A stretch of DNA of 64,000 bases from Chrysomallon squamiferum (lineage: Eukaryota > Animalia > Mollusca): the NCBI GenBank assembly GCA_012295275.1, contig CM022666.1, forward strand, positions 372,001 through 436,000, given 5' to 3'. Shown piece after piece: positions 1 through 10,857 of the stretch (its first letter is position 1; each line of letters starts with the position of its first letter). The notes under the pieces are model-generated. The model was given only the letters and a program-made list of their open reading frames with translations. It ran no database searches and had not been told where the DNA came from. Position numbers and translations under genes: made by a program.

Positions 1-1359
1 GAGAATCTAACATGGTTTCATGTTGGAATGTGTGTAACTAAAACAATTAATTAGTGCTCTTAATTAGTAATAAATAACTACACTGGAAGGACGTTCATAC
101 TGAATTATATTAACACAAATGTGTGTGAACGTGTGTGAATGTGTGTGAACATACAAACTTCAGTATGAACATCAGTCTGAAACAACAGTTTTAGAAAACA
201 TCTGTGTTAACACAAATGTGTGTGAACTTGTGTGAACATGCTGAAGCTTGATGCCTTTCAATACAAAGAATTTTTGTTTTCCAGTATAAAAATAATCCTC
301 ATTTTCTTAATCTTTACAAAAATAAACACTTTATAATGACAATTATAATGACTTTAAAAAATAAAAAATAGAAATAAATAATAATAATAATAATAACACT
401 TACAATAACAATAAAAAGCAAAAAAAAAACATTTTAAGAAAATAAGAAAATGTTTGTGTATTTTACAAGGTATCAGATTATACCAATGTAAATGAAATCT
501 GAGTACACTGGAAATGAAACATCAAAATGTCACATACACACATATATACAATTACATACATAATATAGTTACAATATGTATCTGACTTGGTCAAAACAAA
601 AACCAAAAACAGAAGGCAGAAAGACAAAGTATTCGTGAAAGTCACAAGTTGAAAACTGATCAACACTTTTCATTTAACTTTATACACAGCTAGATTTAAA
701 CACAGATTATGTTACATAAAGATATGTATACTAAAATAACATTTTAAAATTAAAACTTTTTTTTAGCACAAACTAAATATTTTACTTAATGTGAAAACTG
801 TATTTCAAAGAGTTTAATTTAAGAACCAAATAAAAGTTACTTATACAGATATATATAAAGTTTAACATTACTATTTTACAAAGAAACCATCTATAGTTTC
901 TGTGATGTTTAAAACTGTTGTTTTTTTTCCTTCTAAATTTAAAATATATTTAATACAGTTTTAATACACACACCTGGTCATAATACAGTCAAGGATGTTA
1001 TTAAATTATAAAGAAGTTAGATGTATGAAGCTGTTTAATATGAAAAGGCTAAAGATTTTGTTGGTGTTAAGAAAGGTATACTCTGACTAGATAAAACTGA
1101 TTGTTATGCAGCTTTGTAAAAGCGTATTGCACGTGTAACTGAAGACAGGAGACTGCAGATGAAAAAATAAATGTCAACATTTTCTATATTTAGAACAAAC
1201 TGAAATGACAGAGAAATACAGTAAAGACACAAGAGTAATCACATGAATGTTAATTACAACAATGGCAGATTGAACAACTATTTGTCATGAGAAAGTCAAT
1301 TATTTATCAATTTATACCAACTTGTAACACAAAGAATGTTCAAATACCAATATTCAGCC

Positions 1360-1550
1360 CATAGCAACCAATCAGATTTATTTCCTTGTATCATTCTGTC
1401 CACAGCAACCAATCAGATTTATCTACAGATATCATTCTGTCCACAGCAACCAATCAGATTTGTCTACAGATATCATTCTGCTCACAGCAACCAATCAGAT
1501 TTATCTACAGATATCATTCTGCTCACAGCAACCAATCAGATTTATCTTGT
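1360..1550. repeat. 41-bp minisatellite, about 5 copies, each containing AACCAATCAG
   Basis: Unit cacagcaaccaatcagatttatctacagatatcattctgtc starting at 1360, 1401, 1442, 1483 and 1524. Confidence 0.9.
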
Positions 1551-1787
1551 CAACATTCAGTCAAATCTGATTTACCTATACAGACAACCAGTGAGCTATA
1601 CCTGCAGACAACCAGTGACATATTGTTCGTTTGTTCAGCCAGTGAAAACCCTTGTTATTCCAAATACAAAATGAGCTTAATCCAGTCACTGAGGTAAGAA
1701 CAGAAGTTTTTAATCTCTTTTAAATGTCTCAACTTCTCTGGATTAACTTCTTCACAAAAGTTTGATGAAAAACAGATTTCAAGGATT

Positions 1788-1815
1788 TCAGAAGGATGTT
1801 ATTATCATAGCCTCT
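1788..1815 (-). CDS. Probable MCT terminal coding exon (EAMIITSF*)
   Basis: Strong acceptor ctttttctttttcag| before 1815; a phase-2 join with exon 5 gives ...EIVVEAMIITSF-stop. Confidence 0.6.
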
Positions 1816-2622
1816 CTGAAAAAGAAAAAGCAACAGTTAGAAACAGTTAGATGAGTTTTAGCATTTATCAAAATAAGTGAGATTTCCTTCGATGAGAAGA
1901 AAAAAATAAAATAATATTTCCTGCATACTTCCAAGTTATGTTCTGACTTTTTACCACCCAAACCTAATCACTATTACCTTTAATGTACAGTTCAAAAATA
2001 ACTGGGATCACATTTTTCACTGCATACAGAGATCTCATTACTGACCAGTTAGTTAAATACAGATACAGATAAATTTGGCACAGATAAATTAACACAAAGT
2101 ACTGAGTCTTCAAACACTGGTTTCAGTACTAAATGTCTATTACCAAGTACTTTAAATTTAAAACATTAAGAATTATAAAAATAGTAAGTTGTTATTACTG
2201 ATCAGTAACAGGAATGTTATATTATAATTTAAATGTAAAGAAAGAGGTTTAAAAATTTACAACAAAACTGTTTACATAACATTTAATCAAAAATGACGAG
2301 ACATTAACAAATTAATTAATGTTTTGAAAAGTAACAGCTAAATGAATAAATACGATTTGCTTGAAAAGAAAAGAAATTAAAATTTAAAACTTCTCATTTA
2401 TTATATTTATTTATTTATTCATTTATTTATTTACTGACTTTTCTTTTTTTACAAATTTATTTATATATTTTCTTTTCTTATTGATTTATTATTATTATTA
2501 TTATTATTAATATTATTTTTATTATATTATTACTATTATTACTATTATTATTATAATTATTATTATTATTACTATTATAATTATAATTATAATTATTATT
2601 ACTATTATTATTATTTTTATTA

Positions 2623-2658
<36 letters not shown>

Positions 2659-5482
2659 TAATATTATTTTTATTATATTATTACTATTATTACTATTATT
2701 ATTATAATTATTATTATTATTACTTTTATTATTATAATTATTATTATTACTATTACTATTATTATTGTTATTGTTGTTGTTATTGTAAAGAACAAAGAAA
2801 GAGTGATTACTGATATCACGCAAGCTCTGAGACGTGGAGGATGTTTCACATGTCTCGAGGCACCCACACAACAATCTCGTTGCCGTTTTCGGTTATTTTT
2901 GGGTTGTTGCTTGTAATCAGTGGAAGTTTGTGTTCGGTTGGCTGGTTCACCTGGTGATGAGTGGTTTTACCTGGAACCACACAGCTTCGCACCTTGAACA
3001 GAACCATGATGACTGAACTCCACAACAGACAAGCACCTGTTGACAGAAACAAATTGTAAGTTCAAAAATTATTATCCAAATGAATTCACAGAACTATAAC
3101 TAGTATTTGTAGATTGAAAAATAAAGAGCATCTGAACAAAATTTCTCCAGTAAAGTAGCATTCTCTTTTTTATGAGAAATCAAGTTATCTGTATAAATAT
3201 TGATATAATTAAAAAATATAGTAATCTTTGTTATTTTAAAATATAATAATTTTAAAAAGTTGTCTTCACATCATGTATTTTGCATGGTAATTAACAGCAA
3301 AATATTTCACTTTCCTTAAAATTTAACATTAGCCTATAGAAACAACTCAGGTAAGACTGCATGTGTGTGGCGTGTTTGTGTAAATATTTTATTTATATTT
3401 TTTATATACTTGTTTCTTTTTTTAAAAAAACAAAGGAATCAATTTCTTTGACATAACTTGTTATTACAATCTACTCTGTCTATTGTAAGGTAACAAGCAT
3501 TAAGAAAATAGTTTACTGTATAAATACAAAATTAAAATATTAAAATCTAAGATAATAAAAGAAACATGGATTTTCTTTCACCTCACACTGCAAAACCCCA
3601 CACACACACAAAAAAAGAATTATTTTTAAAAAATTTGAATTCTGCTCAAAAGCAGAAGATTCACATGCAGAAAGTCTGGTTTATATTAATATTTTTATCC
3701 TTCAGTATCAGTATTGACAAAATTGCAGATGCAAAATGACAGATAATAATACATGTGCGTATCAGGTGCAAATGGGAACTTTCCATTAATTCTGAGGCTG
3801 AAAAATAAAAACACTTCAGAACACAGAAGATAAAAAATATGGCACTTAATTTGAAAGCTATAATAAGCCATGTGTGTGTGTGTTTGAAATAACAGATGTG
3901 ATAACTTTGGTGAAATGTGTGACACTGGACTTACCAGCCAAATAAAATGCGTATTTAAATTCCATGTCTTCCTGAATTAACATGCCTGAAAAACAAAGAG
4001 TAATTAGAAATGTGTAGTGTTTATTATACTGAAAATTTCATCATCAATGAACATAGTAAGTATTTTATACCTAAGGAGAATTAATGTTCTAACAGATATT
4101 TTCTAGTTAAGAATGGTGATCTTATTTTTGTAATTATTTTTAAAATTAACCAAAAAGAGAAACTTTTTCTTTTTTTTTTTTTTTTTTTTATTCTTAAATA
4201 TTCTGAACAGTGAATTAAGTTATTAATTTAATTGTTTTTTCAAAAGAACAGCACTTTGTAAGAAACTGACATCAGACTAGGTAAAAATCTGAAAACATCA
4301 GATTGTGTTAAAAATACACAACAGTTAGTAAATAATAATAAAACAATATCAGTGCAAGAACATTAATTAAAACAATAATAAAACATTTAGTTTTACCTGC
4401 AGCTGGTCCTCCTGCTAATGAACCTATTGCAATCATAAAACACAGGTAGCCATTACCAAGGGCAATGTACTCCGGACCCAACAGCTCTCTAGAAGCCTGA
4501 GACAAGAAAGTAGTCCAGTAGCCACTGTAGAATCCAAACAAGATGGTGTAGCCAACCTGTCCTGGGATATCATTGAACATGAGAGGACATATTCCAGTTA
4601 TAACAATGCCCAGTCCTATGGGACATAATACTGAAGTAATCTTGTCCAGAGTACTGTTCCGGCCCATGAATGCGAACATCATGCGACAAGTGAAGCTGGA
4701 CACACCAATGGACGTTACTAAGTAGGTGATTGTTTCAAAATCTGAGCCTTTCGACATGGCGTACGAAGGTAAATACATGTATATTACCGTGGAACCGAAA
4801 CTCCAGAACAAGTTTGCAATACACATCCCATGAAAGAGTGGGTGTCTGAGAGGCAGGCAGGACAGAAGTGGAAGCAGACGGACTTCTTTGTCCTTGACCT
4901 GTGGTTTCATGAGAGCCCCACAGACACACAGGTTGAGGCAGAATCCTGCGAGAATGAGCATGGTTCCTCTCCAGGCGTACTGGTCTATGAGGAACCGGAT
5001 TGCTATGGGGAAAACAATGATGCCACTGCCCACCCCTCCTACAACGATGCTGAGAGCCTGGAACCTGCTCTGAACAAAATGTCTCTCAACCGCCACAATT
5101 GATGGGGTGCAAGCCAGGCCAAAGCCAAGTCCTAGAACAAACATTAGAGTAAAAACAAATCAGTAAAATTAATTCTTACATTTAACACTTCAGTGAAATA
5201 AATTCAGTTTGAAACATTCTGCTTAAAGACTTATTAATAACTGTTATTCCTACTGAATTACTGAATAAAGTCTAACAGCTATGGCAAGAAATGAAGATTT
5301 ATTTTATGTTTTTGAAAAATATATCATTATGTAGCATCATACACCTGGCTGAGAACTTTACAAAGAGATATCCTCATTTTACTGCAACTAAATACATGCA
5401 CAGGTATTTCAAGTGTTCTAATCATTCTCCAATTAACAGGAAAATGACTGGAATGTGAAATGATCAGACCCACAGAACACTG

Positions 5483-5525
<43 letters not shown>

Positions 5526-8500
5526 TAAATAAAAATAAATAAGAAAAAAAAAAAATAATAATACTAACACTGGTCTCATTATAATAAACAAAAGAAATTC
5601 TAAACAGTTCAGCTTATGCTGTGTACTTATTCATATAACTAAACTGTAGTCGTGTCAAAACACACGAATAGCATTAAATCAGTGTAAATTTCAAACAGTA
5701 GCCCCAACCTTCAACTCCTTAATCAGAAATGAAATCATTAAAAACAAGCAGATGCTGAGAAATGTCTAAACAGTTTATAATCAATATACACAGACTGTAT
5801 TGACGTGGATGTACATGGAAATTATGAGTTGTTTTCTAGGTAAAAGTCCCTGACACTTCCAGTATAAACAGAAATGTGTCTCAAGAGACTTGTAATTGAT
5901 TAAACTTTGTATCAACAAAGTACTTAAAGGGCAGGCAGTATAAATACCAGATGCTTACATAACCTGTAACATGCAGGTTTGTGGACTGTACAGATAACTT
6001 ATGAACCCACCTATTTATATTGTATTCAAGTATTTTTTATTTATTTTTTTTTTTTTATTCAGCTGATATAAATTTAGATTTATCTTTTACTACAACCAGC
6101 TGTGTAATTAACACAAAGTTCAAGACCACACATTTATATATATATAAACACACACACACAAACACACACACAAACACACACACAAACAAACATACATATG
6201 TATATACATACTCTAAAAAACGTAATTAATATAGTAATTAAAATGCAGTCTTTTTTTCTTTTTCTATTTTTGTTTTCAGTTAGCTCATATTCAATTAGAT
6301 TATTTTATTTTTTTATTATTTTTTTTATTTTTTTTTATTGGGATGGGATGGGATGGGGAGGGAACCTACCTGTTATCAGACCAAAACAGAGGTAGACTTG
6401 ATAGAGCTGTGTGACAAACAAGCCAAGAGACATCCCTGTAGCTGCTAACAGCCCTCCCAGCACCACACTCACTCGACACCCCCACACACTCGTCACAAAC
6501 CTCAACATCACACCTGTAACATAACAATGTAATTATACACCTGTAACAAAACAATGTAATTATACACCTGTAACAAAAACAATGTAATTATACACCTGTA
6601 ACAAAACAATGTAATTATACACCTGTAACAAAATACAATGTAATTATACACCTGTAACAAAACAATGTAATTATACACCTGTAACAAAATACAATGTAAT
6701 TATACACCTGTAACAAAACAATGTAATTATACACCTGTAACAAAACAATGTAATTATACACCTGTAACAAAACAATGTAATTATACACCTGTAACAAAAC
6801 AATGTAATTATACACCTGTAACAAAACAATGTAATTATACACCTGTAACAAAACAATGTAATTAAACACCTGTAACATAAAACAATGTAATTATACACCT
6901 TAACAAAATAATGTAATTAAACACCTGTAACATAACACAATGCAATTATACACCTTAACAAAATACAATGTAATTATACAGCACTATACACCTGTAACAA
7001 ATAACAATGCAATTATACAGCACTATACACCTGTAACAAAATACAATGTAATTATACAGCACTATACACCTGTAACAAAATACAATGTAATTATACAGCA
7101 CTATACACCTGTAACAAAATAACAGCACTATACACCTGTAACAAAATACAATGTAATTATACAGCACTATACACCTGTAACAAAATACAATGTAACTATA
7201 TAGCACTAGACACTTGAAAAAAATACAATGTAATTATACAGCACTATATACCTGTAACAAAATACAATGTAATTATACAGCACTATACACCTGTAACCTA
7301 ATTATACAGCATTATACATCTGTAATATAACTATGCAAAATTATACCTGTAACATAACTGTACAGTTTTACACAGTTTTTTCATGTTTACAATTTTACAT
7401 CCATTTTACCTTTGGTTTCTTATAGGACCTTTTTTAACTATTTAATTTAATTTTATTTCGATTCTAATTAACATTTATAAACAATCTTCATAAACACTGA
7501 AGAACTAACAATTCAGTCTGATATTAAACAATATTAAAATATACAATGTCTGCTAACATTTATAAAAACTATTTTTTTCAATTCTCTGTATTTTCTTTTT
7601 TAATTCTGAAACATGCTGACATTCAAAGTGGCATTCAAACTGAAAATATGGCAAATGCTTGCATCAGATTTGTTTGTTTTTTGGGGGCTTTTTTTTTGCT
7701 GCTATTTTCATTTTATTAACAACATAGTTGCATCTAACCACAAAGGATAATGAAACATCATTTTACACTTTACATTTTACTTTCATCTTCAGTTTTTTAC
7801 TGTCAAACATTTGTCTGGATTTTTTAGTTATCAATAACACTTTGCAAATATATTCAAGGATTTAGCTCATTAGATTTTTACTCATAAATGTAATTTAAAT
7901 TCATGTTCTCTGGCTCCTTAATCATCCTGTTCAGTTTTAAGAATATTTAAAATTCTGAACATATACAGAATCAGTTATTACTTGTCAAACTTAAGTTATT
8001 AAACAATTTTTATCCATCTGATCATATATTTATGAAATAGATTTCATCCCCAGTTGAATTCTGAAATTGTATCTGCAATTTCTGTGTAATGCAAATTGAG
8101 AACAAAATGTTCAAAACACATAAAAATTGTATATTTAAAAAACACATAAATCAGAAACATGTGTTAGTTGATACACACATATGGGTGACATATTCATGCT
8201 GTGTCTCTTTTCAAACATTCTCCATCTCAGTGGAATAAAATGAACACAATAACAAAAAAAATTATTAGAGCAAAATAATTTTATAACAATAAATAGAATA
8301 TTTTTAATTATTTCTTTTTATCACTAGACTAAGCTGTTAGTTAATTATCACAAAATGTTTGTTTTAATTAACAAAACAACAACATAAACAGTAATTAAGA
8401 AATAGGAAAACAATCAAGTCTGTTTAATACAAGAAAGGTTTTAATCTGTGAAAGAAATGACGTACTTGACAACGCTGTCACGTAGAGTAGAATTGAGCCG

Positions 8501-8685
8501 ATCCATGATGTGTCAAAGTGGTTCACTTGAAAATGGTCCTGGAAAACGATGTGGAAGATGCCAATGCTGTAGGTGATTCCACAGATGATGAACTGGGTGA
8601 AGAAAGCTGCCAAAACTATAACCCATTTCCTCAGTCCAGCATCTTCGGACATAATCTGCTTATGTTTAACTGTCACCACAATCAT
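1788..8685 (-). CDS. SLC16/monocarboxylate transporter (MCT) family MFS protein, 6 coding exons, about 448 aa
   Basis: Exons 8685-8466, 6513-6370, 5131-4397, 3985-3935, 3036-2868, 1815-1788 join in frame with GT-AG sites (1347 nt = 449 codons). MCT-like motifs: WVIVLAAFF..GITYSIGIF, GCRVSVVLGG, FGLITGLGFGLA..PSIVAV, WRGTMLILAGFCLNLCVCGALMKP, GSLAGGPAAG. Confidence 0.9.
2868..3036 (-). CDS. MCT coding exon 5 (TM12 + tail)
   Basis: GACLLWSSVIMVLFKVRSC...NGNEIVV; acceptor caacag|. The 3' end is either the donor GT|gtgggt at 2867 or read-through to TGA at 2846. Confidence 0.8.
3935..3985 (-). CDS. MCT coding exon 4 (51 nt)
   Basis: GMLIQEDMEFKYAFYLAG; tttttcag| ... G|gtaagt; resembles the MCT TM11-12 loop (Y..AFY.AG). 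Confidence 0.88.
4397..5131 (-). CDS. MCT coding exon 3
   Basis: Lies within ORF 4308..5144; GLGFGLACTPSIVAV ... GSLAGGPAAG; ttctag| ... G|gtaaaa. Confidence 0.93.
6370..6513 (-). CDS. MCT coding exon 2
   Basis: SVMLRFVTSVWGCRVSVVLGGLLAATGMSLGLFVTQLYQVYLCFGLITG; gttacag| ... G|gtagg; phase 1-1. This frame is not in the ORF track. Confidence 0.9.
6510..7330. repeat. 27-bp then 39-bp minisatellite built from the MCT exon-2 acceptor
   Basis: Units acacctgtaacaaaacaatgtaattat and acacctgtaacaaaatacaatgtaattatacagcactat. Confidence 0.95.
8466..8685 (-). CDS. MCT coding exon 1 (TM1-2)
   Basis: MIVV...MSEDAGLRKWVIVLAAFFTQFIICGITYSIGIF...LYVTALS. Acceptor ttttcag| before 8692, in-frame TAA directly before the ATG, donor A|gtacgt. 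Confidence 0.88.
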
Positions 8686-8731
8686 TTAGACACTGAAAAC
8701 AAAAATAATAATAAATAAATAAATACAGTAT

Positions 8732-8804
<73 letters not shown>

Positions 8805-9752
8805 GAAAATGTGTTAAGTGTCTTACTGATTTCTTTCCTGTATTTCGATCTGTTTATTATTGCTAATCCCAAACTACTTTTTCAGATTTCTTTCACATTT
8901 TCTGTTATCATTCACAGCAACACTTGAGGAAGGTGGTACAGAATATTAATTACTGGACTAATTAGAAGCTTATTGCATTGATTTATGAATATCATTAATG
9001 GACATCCAAAGTTAAATATAGACCATCTGTGATTGATTAGCCGTTTTCAAAATATCAAAGGATAAATAATTTACTGACATAATATTTAAAGTCCTACAAT
9101 AAAACCTGAAGATTTTATTTTTATTTTTAGATTTATTTTTTTTCAAATTCTTCTTCAATCTGATATACAGAAAATATTGCATTACATTGAGTAAGATGCA
9201 AGCTACGTTTGAACAAACCTGATTACATTATTTTAATGCCAGAACATTTCAAGATTTAAACAAATGACGGTTGAGTGATATTTAAACAGTGAAGATTTAA
9301 AACAAGCATGTGGAGGATTAAAGCAAACAAAATAAAATAAAAACTACAGACTGTATGAAAGACAAATACTGTTAGAGAAGGAGTATGAAACTTGGTAGAG
9401 AGTGTGTGTATATATGTATATATATAATATATGCATATATATATATATTTATTTATATGTATATATACACACACACATTAGGGACATTTTAGGAAGGCAT
9501 CAATAACAATAATAATAAAAGAAAGAAAGAAAGAAAGAAAAATGAATGTTCAGAGAAAAACATCTTTAATGTTATTAATTTCAAATTAATTATAATTAAC
9601 AAAACTTTCACTAATTAGACTTGTATTTTAAAACTTTTGTCCATTCGTTAATATTTCTAATATATAAATACTACTACACATTGTCATGCCAGTCAATAAA
9701 ATTATGATAGTACGTCTGCTTTCAAGACACAAAAGAAAAACTGCAGAAGTAC

Positions 9753-9900
9753 CTGTCCATTTCGCCTCTGACATCATCAGTAAGAATGGCACACAAAGAA
9801 CGCAGACGTAAAAACTGTATTAAAGGAGTTGCTCGAAGTGTTACCTCTTGGATATGTATATGTTGATAATCTCACAGTGTTGATTCAAAATAAAACGTTC
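9753..9900 (-). other. Candidate 5'-UTR exon of the MCT gene (upstream boundary approximate)
   Basis: Donor CAG|gtactt at 9753/9752. The first coding exon has an acceptor, so an upstream exon is needed. Promoter-like motifs lie at 9970-10000. Confidence 0.45.
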
Positions 9901-9969
9901 TCGTTAAACTGAAATAATTTATCTAAACCGAACACTTTCTGACAAACAGCTGACAGATACAGTTATCCC

Positions 9970-10000
9970 GGGTCAACAGGTCAGGCAGAAATCACGTGAC
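9970..10000. promoter_or_regulatory. Nuclear-receptor DR2 element + palindromic E-box (putative MCT promoter)
   Basis: GGGTCA-AC-AGGTCA at 9970-9983; TCACGTGAC at 9992-10000. Confidence 0.45.
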
Positions 10001-10799
10001 TTTGTTTTGGTTTACGTTGAAAAGCTCGATGTAATGGATGATTCAACAATTTTTCCTCAGTTTAATTCCAACAAAATTTTAAAATCCCAACAAACCTACT
10101 AAAAGTTATATACGGATTAAATAAATATTTAAATGAGACTTTTTAAAAATATATAGAGCTTAGAAACACCACTGGAAGCCATTATTTGTTCAGCCTCATT
10201 TTGTGTCAAGTAGTACAGGTTGCTGGGTACTAAATAACTTTTCACTTGTGACAACGTTAAGATTTTCTAAAGTTACATCTGCTGGTCCTTATATTACTAC
10301 GAAGAAAAATTGTGGTCAAGGAGATTTGTGACAATCTTTCTGCTACTTAAAGTGCAGGAAAGACTGAACTTTTTTGTTCTAATCTTTATTCTGGGATATA
10401 TTTAGGCCATCATTTAGGAGGTCAACTGATAAATGTATCATGATACATTGTTATCATTACTGTACAAGTTGATACATTACCACAACTCCAGTTACTTTCA
10501 TTGAAACCAGTAGGTAAAAGTGAAGACTAAAGTTAAAGTTAAGATACATGCATGCGCGCTCGCGCACACACACTCAATGTGCGCATGCATATACACCTAC
10601 AGAATTATACACACACATATATATAACATTACACGCTTATGTGCATCCCTAGAAAAATAGACATATGTACGCGCGTGCATATTTCACACACGGTATATAC
10701 TAATACATGACCGATTTCATTCGTAATTATCAACAATGTTTAAGCAGTAAAATTTAACTGTTAATGGAATTTTACTACTACTACTACTACTACTAATAC

Positions 10800-10857
<58 letters not shown>

